From Anaerobacillus sp. (GTDB taxonomy: Bacteria > Bacillota > Bacilli > Bacillales > Anaerobacillaceae), in assembly GCA_036676095.1 (NCBI GenBank), contig JAKFDP010000064.1, forward strand, positions 1-32,000: 32,000 nucleotides of DNA, written 5' to 3'. The notes under the pieces were generated by a model, which had not been told where the DNA came from, did no database searches, and worked only from the letters and a program-made list of their open reading frames with translations. A program made the translations under genes and the position numbers. Below, piece after piece: positions 16,731 through 24,954 of this stretch (the stretch's first letter is position 1; each line of letters begins with the position of its first letter).

Positions 16731-16982
16731 ATGGACATTAGAATTATGAAAACAGATACTTCTAAGAAATTTCAAAATGGTGGAGAAGCTTTAGTTGATC
16801 TTGGCTTTAAAAAAGTAGGGAATGCAGTAATAACAACTAATGATGGACATGAGGTTAAAGAAATTTTCAAAAAAGATGAAGAATCGGTTTATATTATCTA
16901 TGTCGATCATTCCGATACTACTATTAATAGTTTGACCATTTGTACCATCAAAGATTCTGAATATTTACTTATCGAGGACTAA
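16731..16982 (+). CDS. Small hypothetical protein (83 aa)
   Basis: GGAGG lies 8 nt before the ATG and a strong hairpin terminator follows. No family was recognised. Confidence 0.5.
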   Translation: MDIRIMKTDTSKKFQNGGEALVDLGFKKVGNAVITTNDGHEVKEIFKKDEESVYIIYVDHSDTTINSLTICTIKDSEYLLIED

Positions 16983-17009
16983 ATAGCTTAATGAACTACC
17001 GGGATTAAA

Positions 17010-17057
17010 AAACCTGCCAGATAAAAAGTGGACAAGTACACTTTTTTCTAGCAGGTA
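17010..17057. terminator. Bidirectional hairpin terminator between convergent genes
   Basis: ACCTGCCAGATAAAAAGTG-loop-CACTTTTTTCTAGCAGGT forms a long stem. It is flanked by an A-run upstream and a T-rich tract downstream. Confidence 0.65.
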
Positions 17058-17175
17058 ATTTGTGTGTTGTGGCGCCTGTCTTTACTTATCGTCACTGTGT
17101 ATTTTGAGGGTTAACAAGATGCGCTGTACTTTCTACGATAATGATAAGGTTAGACGGTGCCTTTAATTAAAAAGA

Positions 17176-17880
17176 TTACAAAACATAGAAAAGCTCTTCA
17201 TTAACTAAATCAGTTGCGATTATAAAATAGCCATTTTCGTTTAACTCAACAATTTCTTTTTTTCTTAGTTGTGAAAGTGTACGGCTAATTGTTTCACGTG
17301 AGGTTCCAATCATGTTGGCCAGTTCACGATTCGTAAATTGAGTATTTAATTCAATTCTACCGTCTGCTCGATTCTTTCCATATGTTTTCGCAAGACGGAG
17401 AAGCAACATTAAGATTTGTTCACTTGTATTATGAAGAATTTGTTCTTCAAGTCGGTTTTGGAGATCAACAATCCGTTCACTCATCATTTTGAATAGCTTG
17501 ATACAAAGATCAGGACGTTGTAGTAGAAGCTTTTCAAAGTTAGCAATTGGAATGACGATGATGGTGGCATCTTCAACAACTTCTGCATGTGCTTGATAAT
17601 TTCCTGTACTGAAAAAACCAGCATGAGGGAACATATCGCCTTCTTGCAAAATCGAAATAATTTGCTCTTTGCCGTTAATGTCTGATTTATAAATTTTTAC
17701 TTTGCCACTATGAATAAAAAAGACACGGTCAAGCGGGTCTCCTTTCATAAAAATAAGCATTCGAGCTCGAAATTGACGAGGGTACGCCATTTCAACAATT
17801 GGTTCTATTTCTTCATCGGTTAGTTCCTTAAATAACGGAACTTTTTTTAATAAAGTTGGAATGGTTTCCGTTGAGCACAT
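17176..17880 (-). CDS. Crp/Fnr-family transcriptional regulator (cNMP-binding-like domain plus C-terminal HTH)
   Basis: The beta-roll region is ..IFMKGDPLDRVFFIHSGKVKIY... The HTH is NRELANMIGTSRETISRTLSQLRKK. There are only two cysteines (positions 2 and 126). Confidence 0.85.
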   Translation of the reverse strand: MCSTETIPTLLKKVPLFKELTDEEIEPIVEMAYPRQFRARMLIFMKGDPLDRVFFIHSGKVKIYKSDINGKEQIISILQEGDMFPHAGFFSTGNYQAHAEVVEDATIIVIPIANFEKLLLQRPDLCIKLFKMMSERIVDLQNRLEEQILHNTSEQILMLLLRLAKTYGKNRADGRIELNTQFTNRELANMIGTSRETISRTLSQLRKKEIVELNENGYFIIATDLVNEELFYVL

Positions 17881-17953
17881 TGCTTCTTCACCCTTTATAG
17901 TTTAAGTTCAATATTTTTCTTCTTTCTTATTTTATCAATTTTCAATATTTTTA

Positions 17954-17969
17954 AAGTGATGATTGTCAC
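17954..17969. promoter_or_regulatory. Crp/Fnr-type box AGTGA-TGATTG-TCACT in the crp/norB divergent intergenic region
   Basis: The 5-6-5 palindrome is perfect and matches the GTGA-N6-TCAC core of the TGTGA-N6-TCACA consensus. It lies about 150 nt upstream of the norB start and about 75 nt upstream of the regulator gene start. Confidence 0.55.
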
Positions 17970-18119
17970 TATCTTAACACCATTTCTATACTTATTAGTA
18001 TAGAAAGTATGAAAAAAATCACACCCTATCGTTGAGCCAACTCACTGACGACTCCTTAAAAACAATGTAACATAAAGAAACAACAGCAACAAAAAAATTT
18101 AACAAAAGGAGTGAAAGTG

Positions 18120-20492
18120 ATGGGTGCACCTCATTTAAATAGTCCCCAAACAGCAAGAAAGTCGAATTATCAGACTAAAAACAGCTTTTTAAAGTCAGTG
18201 TTAATGTTGACAATTCTAGCTAGTTTTACAGTATTAATTTTAGGTGGATATTCGATTTTCAAAGAAATGGCACCAAGGCCACTTGAAGTGGTGAATACAA
18301 ATGGTGAAGTAATCACAAGTCAAGACGCAATTAAAGGTGGGCAGGCGGTCTTTCAGAAGTACGCGCTCATGGATTATGGAACAGTTCTTGGTCACGGTTC
18401 ATATATGGGACCTGATTACACGGCCGAGGCTTTAAAGATTTATACTACTGGGATGCAAGAATTTAAGGCACTTGAATCTCACGGGCAGCCGTTTGATAAG
18501 TTAACGAAGGATCAACAACAAGTTATTAAAAGCAATGTTGTTGAAGAAATGCGTGTCAATCGTTATGATACTGATAAAGAGGTCCTAGAATTAACAGACG
18601 CCCAAGTTTATGGGTTAGAAAAAGTTCGTGAATATTACCGCGATGTTTTTACGAATGGTGATGGCTGGGGTATTAAAGCTGGCTTGATTCAAGAAAGTCA
18701 TATGCCAGAATCTGATCGTGCATGGGTAAATGATGGTGATCAAATTACGCAAATCTCAGACTTTTTCTTCTGGACAGCATGGCTTTCAAGTACATTACGT
18801 CAAAATGATGATATTACGTACACAAATAATTGGCCTTATTATGAAGACGCTGGGAACACAATGTCATTTTCTGCTTTATGGTGGAGCGGTGCTAGTGTAA
18901 CGATTTTAATTTTAGCTCTTGGAATCATTTTGTTCGTATTCTACCGTTATCATCTTGGAATGGAAGAAGCTTATACAGAAGGTAACTATCCTACATTTAA
19001 TTTAAGTAAAATGCCGTTGACGGCATCACAAGTAAAAACCGGAAAGTATTTTGCTGTTGTAACAGTGTTATTCTTTTTACAATCAATGTTTGGAGCACTA
19101 CTTGCTCACTATTATGTTGAGCCAGACAGCTTTTTTGGAATGAAGTGGATTTATGATATTTTACCATTCAGTATTTCTAAAGGTTATCACTTACAGCTAG
19201 CAATTTTTTGGATTGCGACATCATGGCTTGGCATGGGAATTTTCGTTGCTCCACTTGTTGGAGGACATGAACCGAAACGCCAAGGTTTATTAGTAGATAT
19301 TTTATTCTGGGCCCTAGTTGTCTTAGTTTTTGGTAGTATGATTGGTCAATGGCTTGGGGTAAATGGCTATTTAGCAAATAACTGGTTCTTATTAGGTCAC
19401 CAAGGATGGGAATACCTAGAACTAGGTCGTATTTGGCAAGTTGTTTTAACAGTGGGAATGTTAATTTGGTTATTCATTGTTTTCCGTGGAATTAAGAGTG
19501 GTTTAAAACGTGAAAGTGATAAAGGCGGCTTAATTCACTTATTATTTTACGCAGCTGTTGCTGTACCGTTATTCTATATTTTTGCCTTCTTTATTAATCC
19601 AGGTGCAAACTTTACGATGTCAGATTTCTGGCGTTGGTGGATTATCCATTTATGGGTTGAAGGGATTTTTGAAGTATTTGCGGTTGTCATTATTGGTTTC
19701 TTGCTTGTACAAATGAACTTAGTAACGAAAAGATCGACCGTTCGTGCCTTATACTTCCAGTTAACAATTCTTCTTGGTAGTGGGGTAATCGGAATTGGTC
19801 ACCATTACTATTACAATGGATCAAGTGAAGCTTGGATTGGACTTGGAGCTGTTTTTTCAGCATTAGAAGTAATTCCATTAACCTTACTTGTTCTTGAAGC
19901 ATATGAGCAGTATAAGATGTTAAGAGATGGTGGAGTAAACTTCCCATATAAATCAACATTTTGGTTCTTAATTTCAACAGCTATTTGGAATTTAGTCGGA
20001 GCAGGGGTATTAGGTTTCCTTATTAACCTGCCAGCAGTTAGTTTCTTTGAACATGGACAATTTTTAACACCAGCACACGGTCACGCAGCGATGATGGGTG
20101 TGTACGGTATGTTTGGAATTGCCGTATTGCTTTATTCTTTAAGAAACATTGTAAAACCTGAAAAATGGAATGATAAATTGCTAAAATTCTCTTGCTTAAC
20201 TTTAAATATTGGTTTAGCAGGGATGGTTGTCATCACCCTTTTACCAGTTGGGTTCTTACAATTAAAAGAAGCGTTTTATAACGGTTATTCGGTATCACGT
20301 TCACCTGAGTTTTTACAGCAAGAGGTTGTTCAGCAGCTTCTAACTATTCGCGCAATCCCAGATACAATCTTTTTACTTGGGGTTATTGCACTTGCGTTGT
20401 TTAGCGTAAAAGCTTTATTCAACTTGAGAAAGCCAACACACCGTGAAATGGAAGCATTACCTGTCAAAGATTTAGCGGTGGACGAGGATTAA
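18120..20492 (+). CDS. norB: Nitric-oxide reductase large subunit, single-subunit quinol-dependent (qNOR) type
   Basis: The protein is about 790 aa. An N-terminal TM plus a soluble extension is fused to a 12-TM heme-copper-oxidase-like core (HLWVEG, GIGHHYYYNG, TPAHGHAAMMGVYG). AAAGGAG lies before GTG 18117 and ATG 18120; the ORF track starts at GTG 18111. Confidence 0.85.
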   Translation: MGAPHLNSPQTARKSNYQTKNSFLKSVLMLTILASFTVLILGGYSIFKEMAPRPLEVVNTNGEVITSQDAIKGGQAVFQKYALMDYGTVLGHGSYMGPDYTAEALKIYTTGMQEFKALESHGQPFDKLTKDQQQVIKSNVVEEMRVNRYDTDKEVLELTDAQVYGLEKVREYYRDVFTNGDGWGIKAGLIQESHMPESDRAWVNDGDQITQISDFFFWTAWLSSTLRQNDDITYTNNWPYYEDAGNTMSFSALWWSGASVTILILALGIILFVFYRYHLGMEEAYTEGNYPTFNLSKMPLTASQVKTGKYFAVVTVLFFLQSMFGALLAHYYVEPDSFFGMKWIYDILPFSISKGYHLQLAIFWIATSWLGMGIFVAPLVGGHEPKRQGLLVDILFWALVVLVFGSMIGQWLGVNGYLANNWFLLGHQGWEYLELGRIWQVVLTVGMLIWLFIVFRGIKSGLKRESDKGGLIHLLFYAAVAVPLFYIFAFFINPGANFTMSDFWRWWIIHLWVEGIFEVFAVVIIGFLLVQMNLVTKRSTVRALYFQLTILLGSGVIGIGHHYYYNGSSEAWIGLGAVFSALEVIPLTLLVLEAYEQYKMLRDGGVNFPYKSTFWFLISTAIWNLVGAGVLGFLINLPAVSFFEHGQFLTPAHGHAAMMGVYGMFGIAVLLYSLRNIVKPEKWNDKLLKFSCLTLNIGLAGMVVITLLPVGFLQLKEAFYNGYSVSRSPEFLQQEVVQQLLTIRAIPDTIFLLGVIALALFSVKALFNLRKPTHREMEALPVKDLAVDED

Positions 20493-20532
20493 ACCACTTA
20501 TGAAAAACAGTAGTAACAAATAAAATAAAAAT

Positions 20533-20585
20533 AAAGAGGCTGACTTTCAAGGTTGTAATTCAACCGAAAGTCAGCCTCTTTTACA
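20533..20585 (+). terminator. Rho-independent terminator after norB
   Basis: The 16-bp perfect stem AAAGAGGCTGACTTTC / GAAAGTCAGCCTCTTT has an inner GGTTG/CAACC extension and is followed by a T-run. Confidence 0.85.
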
Positions 20586-20705
20586 TTTAATATATAAAAA
20601 TGTGTCATATTTGTGAAAAAGGTAGAAAACGAGTGAAATTAATAGTAAACCAAGTAAAATAGGAGGATTTATCCGTTTATATCGTAATTTTGTTTCTACT
20701 ATGAT

Positions 20706-20721
20706 TGTGATAGAATTCACT
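20706..20721. promoter_or_regulatory. Second Crp/Fnr-type box TGTGA-TAGAAT-TCACT upstream of the SulP transporter gene
   Basis: It matches TGTGA-N6-TCACA at 9 of 10 positions. It is intergenic and lies about 72 nt upstream of the SulP start. Confidence 0.4.
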
Positions 20722-20792
20722 ATATTTAGTGCGGACTGACTTTCGTGAGAGTCGAAAGTCAAAGATAAATAAACTTGAAAAGAGGTGTATGC

Positions 20793-22247
20793 TTGAATTT
20801 ACAAGCAATTAAACAAGAATGGTTTAGCAATGTGAAAGGAGACATATTAGCAGGAATAGTTGTGGCGTTAGCCTTAATTCCTGAAGCGATTGCCTTTTCG
20901 ATCATTGCAGGAGTAGATCCAATGGTCGGGTTATATGCTTCATTTTGTATTGCGATCGTAATTGCTTTTGTTGGCGGTCGTCCCGGAATGATTTCGGCTG
21001 CCACGGGTGCAATGGCCTTGGTAATGGTAACGCTAGTCAAAGGTTATGGACTGCCGTACTTGTTTGCGGCAACGATCTTAACTGGTGTTATCCAAATTTT
21101 ATTTGGTGTTTTTAAGTTGGCGAAATATATGAAATTTGTGCCTAGATCGGTAATGGTCGGGTTTGTTAACTCGCTGGCAATTTTAATTTTTATGGCGCAA
21201 CTAAATAATTTTGTAAATGCAACTTGGATAATGTATGCGTTAGTTGCCCTTACATTAGCAATTATTTATCTTTTGCCAAGAATTACAACCGCCGTTCCAT
21301 CAACGTTAGTAGCAATTATTATCGTCACGACAATCGCTATTTTTGGAGATTTAGATGTAAGGACTGTTGGTGATATGGGGAAGCTCGAGAGCACCTTGCC
21401 AGTTTTTATGATCCCATCTATTCCATTCACATTGGAAACATTGATGATTATTTTGCCGTACTCTTTAGCATTAGCAATTGTAGGATTACTAGAGTCATTA
21501 TTAACAGCGCAAATTGTTGATGATATGACTGATACGGAAAGTAATAAAAACAGAGAAAGTCGTGGCCAAGGGATTGCCAATATTGTCGCCGGATTTTTGG
21601 GCGGTATGGCTGGCTGTGCGATGATTGGTCAATCAGTGATAAATGTTAAATCTGGAGGAAGAAGGCGTTTGTCCACGCTAGTTGCTGGTGTTTTTCTCTT
21701 CTTTTTAATAATGGTTCTTAGTTCCATTGTTGTCCAAATACCAATGGCCGCTCTTGCCGGGGTGATGTTTATGGTCTCAATTGGGACGTTTGATTGGAAC
21801 TCTTTAAAGACTTTGCACAAAATTCCGCGAACTGACGCCACTGTTATGTTAGTAACTGTTCTTACAGTCGTCTTTACTCATAACTTAGCAATAGGTGTTT
21901 TAACAGGTGTTGTTTTAAGTGCGATCTTCTTTGGGGCCAAAATTTCAAATGTGAAAGTAACAGCAAAACATTTAGGTGAGAAAAAGACATATTTTGTCGA
22001 AGGTCAACTTTTCTTCGTATCTGTTTCTGATTTTCTCAAATCCTTTGACTATAAAGAAGATGTAAAGGTAGTAGAAATTGATTTTAGCCGTGCTCATCTT
22101 TGGGATGACTCTGCCATTAGCGCAATTGATAAAGTCGAAATGAAATATGAACAAAATGGTATTAACGTTCAGTTAACAGGAATGAATAGAGAAAGCTCTT
22201 TGTTAATGCAACGAATTGGTGGCTTATCGAAAAATTCAGGTCACTAA
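20793..22247 (+). CDS. SulP-family inorganic anion transporter with a C-terminal STAS domain
   Basis: The polytopic membrane core includes ..[15 protein letters not shown].. and [26 protein letters not shown]. The C-terminal STAS-like region is ..[36 protein letters not shown] prefer TTG 20793 (AAGAGGTG upstream) over TTG 20775. Confidence 0.85.
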   Translation: MNLQAIKQEWFSNVKGDILAGIVVALALIPEAIAFSIIAGVDPMVGLYASFCIAIVIAFVGGRPGMISAATGAMALVMVTLVKGYGLPYLFAATILTGVIQILFGVFKLAKYMKFVPRSVMVGFVNSLAILIFMAQLNNFVNATWIMYALVALTLAIIYLLPRITTAVPSTLVAIIIVTTIAIFGDLDVRTVGDMGKLESTLPVFMIPSIPFTLETLMIILPYSLALAIVGLLESLLTAQIVDDMTDTESNKNRESRGQGIANIVAGFLGGMAGCAMIGQSVINVKSGGRRRLSTLVAGVFLFFLIMVLSSIVVQIPMAALAGVMFMVSIGTFDWNSLKTLHKIPRTDATVMLVTVLTVVFTHNLAIGVLTGVVLSAIFFGAKISNVKVTAKHLGEKKTYFVEGQLFFVSVSDFLKSFDYKEDVKVVEIDFSRAHLWDDSAISAIDKVEMKYEQNGINVQLTGMNRESSLLMQRIGGLSKNSGH

Positions 22248-22275
22248 ATTACAAATAAAATAAACGGGTTTTAGA

Positions 22276-22317
22276 AAAGGATGCTGACGAATTTTCATTC
22301 GGAATCCTTTTTTTTTG
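22276..22317 (+). terminator. Rho-independent terminator after the SulP gene
   Basis: AAAGGAT..CGAAT-loop-ATTCG..ATCCTTT is followed by a T-run of 9. Confidence 0.7.
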
Positions 22318-22318
22318 T

Positions 22319-22356
22319 CCAGGCACCTGAAGGCTTGGAAAAGTCCGAGTTTTCTT
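22319..22356 (+). repeat. Dispersed 37-38 nt repeat, copy B (CCAGGCACCTGAAGGCTTGGAAAAGTCCGAGTTTTCTT)
   Basis: See copy A at 1638-1674. The core is 25/27 identical. One of the two substitutions turns a stem G-C pair into a G-U pair; the other lies in the loop. Confidence 0.6.
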
Positions 22357-22371
22357 AACTATAAATTTATA

Positions 22372-22400
22372 TTGACAAATTCCTAAATTAGGAGTAAATT
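22372..22400 (+). promoter_or_regulatory. Candidate sigma-A promoter of the riboswitch-ktrAB transcript (TTGACA-17-TAAATT)
   Basis: TTGACA lies at 22372-22377 and TAAATT at 22395-22400, about 25 nt upstream of the riboswitch. Confidence 0.4.
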
Positions 22401-22424
22401 TACATATCATGTTAATATACCTAT

Positions 22425-22565
22425 AAATCGCTAAATCAATTTATTGAGCGGGGGAACCATTGAACAGTCTTTACTGTTTTGGGGTGAATCTTACATAAGT
22501 TAAGAGGGGATACTCTTTCGTCCCTAATCCGACAGCTAACCTCGTAAGCGTTATGAAGAGGAGGG
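22425..22565 (+). promoter_or_regulatory. c-di-AMP riboswitch (ydaO/yuaA motif)
   Basis: The conserved blocks are present: ATCGCTAAATC, GAGCGGGGGAACCA, GGGGTGAATC and CCCTAATCCGACAGCTAACCTCGTAAGCG. It lies directly upstream of ktrA, as the yuaA (ktrA) leader does in B. subtilis. Confidence 0.9.
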
Positions 22566-22584
22566 TCAAATATTGAGTGTTTTT

Positions 22585-22611
22585 GATCATTCTTTGTAAT
22601 GGTCTTTTTTT
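22585..22611 (+). terminator. Riboswitch expression-platform terminator
   Basis: GATCATT-loop-AATGGTC (one G-U pair) is followed by TTTTTTT, about 55 nt before the ktrA start. Confidence 0.6.
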
Positions 22612-22666
22612 GTTTTGCAAATACTAAGTTGGGCATGGATTTCATATAGAAACGAAGGGAAAACGA

Positions 22667-23323
22667 ATGAAAAAACAATTTGCAGTCATTGGACTAGGAC
22701 GGTTTGGTGGTAGTGTTTGTAAAGAACTAAAGCGTTTAGGTCATGAAGTATTAGCAATTGACAGTGATGAAGAGCGTGTTAATGCCTATGCAGTCCTTTC
22801 TACTTATGCTGTACAAACGAATGCAACCGATGAAAACGCCCTTAATTCGCTTGGAATTAGAAACTTTGATTATGTGATCGTTGCTATCGGTGATAATATT
22901 CAATCTAGTATCCTTTGTACACTGCTATTGAAAGAACTAGGAGTTAAAAATGTTTGGGTGAAAGCTCAAAGCAATTATCATCATAAGGTGCTGGAAAAAA
23001 TCGGGGCAGACCGAATTATTCACCCGGAATATGATATGGGGATAAGAATCGCTCATTATTTAGTATCAGAAAAAATTATTGATTATATCGAACTTTCGCC
23101 AGATTACAGTATTGTCGAACTAAAGGCAACAACGAAAGTCACTAATTATTCAATCGCTGATTTAAACGTTCGTGCTAAGTATGGTTGTACGATTTTAGGA
23201 ATCAAAAGAGGAGAAGATATTATCATCTCACCTCATCCATCAGAATTTATTCAGGAAAAGGATATTTTAATTATTGTTGGTAGAAATAATGAACTAAAAA
23301 AGTTTGAAGAAGTCGGGTTATAA
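22667..23323 (+). CDS. ktrA: K+ uptake system peripheral regulatory subunit KtrA (RCK/TrkA-N plus TrkA-C)
   Basis: FAVIGLGRFGGSVCKEL is the Rossmann GxGxxG motif. ..NVWVKAQSNYHHKVLEKIGADRIIHPE.. and VRAKYGCTILGIKRG closely resemble B. subtilis KtrA. The gene is adjacent to ktrB and preceded by the ydaO riboswitch. Confidence 0.9.
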   Translation: MKKQFAVIGLGRFGGSVCKELKRLGHEVLAIDSDEERVNAYAVLSTYAVQTNATDENALNSLGIRNFDYVIVAIGDNIQSSILCTLLLKELGVKNVWVKAQSNYHHKVLEKIGADRIIHPEYDMGIRIAHYLVSEKIIDYIELSPDYSIVELKATTKVTNYSIADLNVRAKYGCTILGIKRGEDIIISPHPSEFIQEKDILIIVGRNNELKKFEEVGL

Positions 23324-23326
23324 TAT

Positions 23327-24679
23327 ATGAACTTTATGAATACTTTCAAAGACAAACTTAATAATAAACGCGTAATTCACTTATCTCCACCGCAAACTTT
23401 AGCGTTGAGCTTTCTAACTTTTATCATCATTGGCGGGTTTCTATTGAAACTCCCTTTTGCCACAACAACTTCTATTTCGTGGTTAGATGCACTTTTTACC
23501 GCGACGTCGGCCATTACGGTAACAGGACTTGGTGTTGTAGATACAGGGAAAGATTTTACAGTCTTTGGGCAAGTCGTGATTATGATTTTAATTCAATTAG
23601 GTGGTTTAGGATTAATGACATTTGCTATTCTGATTTTGATGCTTTTAGGGAAGAAGATCGGTTTACAGCAACGAGTGTTAATTCAAGAGGCTTTTAGCCA
23701 AACGTCGATCGGTGGACTTATCAGACTTGTCAAAATCCTATTTGTATTCACCTTTACCGTAGAATTCATTGCGTTTGTAATATTATCGATCCGTTGGGTT
23801 CCTGAATTCGGTTGGCGTTTCGGGATGTTTACTAGTTTATTTCATACAATTTCCGCTTTTAATAACGCTGGTTTTTCATTATGGACAGAAAATCTATCAG
23901 CTTATGTTGGAGATCCAACAGTTAACTTAGTTATTACTTTTTTATTTATTACAGGTGGAATTGGTTTTACCGTAGTAGCAGATTTGTGGGGCAAGCGTAA
24001 ATTTCGACTTTTATCGCTCCATTCCAAGTTAATGATCATCGGTACACTCTTAATTAACATCATATCTCTTTTACTTATTTTTTTATTAGAATTCAATAAT
24101 CCAGGAACAATGGGTCAGTTTACTTTAAGTGAAAAATTATGGGCTTCTTACTTTCAAGCAGTAACACCAAGAACGGCAGGATTTAATACAATTGATATCG
24201 GTAATATGACGACCACTTCGATTTTTTATATGATGTTATTAATGTTTATCGGTGCAGGAAGTGGTTCAACGGGAAGTGGAATTAAATTAACGACCTTTAT
24301 AATAATGATACTATCAACGTTTAGTTTTCTTAAAGGGAAACATGAAACAGTGATTTTCCGTCGGACAATTAAACCACATGTTATTTTAAAAGCATTAGCA
24401 GTGATCGTTGTAGGTTTATCCTTCATTTTTTTAATCATATTTACATTAACATTTACTGAAGATGCTTCATTTATTATGATTGTCTTTGAAACAATTTCGG
24501 CATTTGGGACAGTTGGTTTATCAATGGGTCTAACCGGAGATTTATCATCTATTGGTAAAGAAGCTATTATGGTTATGATGTTTATTGGTAGAATTGGGCC
24601 GTTAACGTTAGCCTTTACGTTAGCAAAACCAAAGAAAGCGAACATTAGATATCCTGAAGATGAAGTGTTTACAGGTTAA
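23327..24679 (+). CDS. ktrB: K+ transporter membrane subunit KtrB (TrkH/KtrB family)
   Basis: The polytopic protein has four pore-loop glycine motifs (TVTGLGV, NNAGFS, RTAGFNT, GTVGLSMG). The gene starts 3 nt after ktrA. Confidence 0.9.
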   Translation: MNFMNTFKDKLNNKRVIHLSPPQTLALSFLTFIIIGGFLLKLPFATTTSISWLDALFTATSAITVTGLGVVDTGKDFTVFGQVVIMILIQLGGLGLMTFAILILMLLGKKIGLQQRVLIQEAFSQTSIGGLIRLVKILFVFTFTVEFIAFVILSIRWVPEFGWRFGMFTSLFHTISAFNNAGFSLWTENLSAYVGDPTVNLVITFLFITGGIGFTVVADLWGKRKFRLLSLHSKLMIIGTLLINIISLLLIFLLEFNNPGTMGQFTLSEKLWASYFQAVTPRTAGFNTIDIGNMTTTSIFYMMLLMFIGAGSGSTGSGIKLTTFIIMILSTFSFLKGKHETVIFRRTIKPHVILKALAVIVVGLSFIFLIIFTLTFTEDASFIMIVFETISAFGTVGLSMGLTGDLSSIGKEAIMVMMFIGRIGPLTLAFTLAKPKKANIRYPEDEVFTG

Positions 24680-24686
24680 TTTTTTT

Positions 24687-24733
24687 AGATCGAAGGAAAG
24701 CTAGAGTAGTTCTAGTATCTTTCGATCTTTTTT
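24687..24733 (+). terminator. Rho-independent terminator after ktrB
   Basis: AGATCGAA..CTAGA-loop-TCTAG..TTCGATCT is followed by TTTTT. Confidence 0.75.
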
Positions 24734-24954
24734 ACGTGTGTGAAAAATTATTAACTTTGAATGCTGTCTAGCTCCGAGCCTCTACACTTTTCTGCTTTTC
24801 TTGTTCATTTGGGAAATGTAAAATTTCAGCTTAGCGTAAAGGCTTAGTTTTGCCAAGGTTTCTCCATACATTTTTCATAAAAATATGGTACATTCAAAGG
24901 TAATAGCCATCGAGTTTAGCAAAAAGTGTAGCCCTTTAATAAGGAGTGAGATGA

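Noticed and set aside
19177-19977. Minus-strand ORFs 19177..19377 and 19690..19977
   Set aside because: They are antisense to the qNOR gene.
20571-20762. 63-aa minus-strand ORF with one hydrophobic segment in the norB-SulP intergenic region
   Set aside because: It would start at a TTG inside a hairpin with no SD. It has no internal ATG, and its stop codon lies within the norB terminator stem. It is more likely non-coding.
20759-22154. Minus-strand ORFs 20759..21040, 21266..21580, 21629..21841 and 21972..22154
   Set aside because: All are antisense to the SulP transporter gene.
22436-22678. 80-aa minus-strand ORF
   Set aside because: It lies antisense across the c-di-AMP riboswitch and its terminator, and the RNA element explains the sequence conservation pattern.
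23479-24645. ORFs 23479..23697 (+), 23902..24096 (-) and 24226..24645 (-)
   Set aside because: These are alternative-frame or antisense ORFs inside ktrB.
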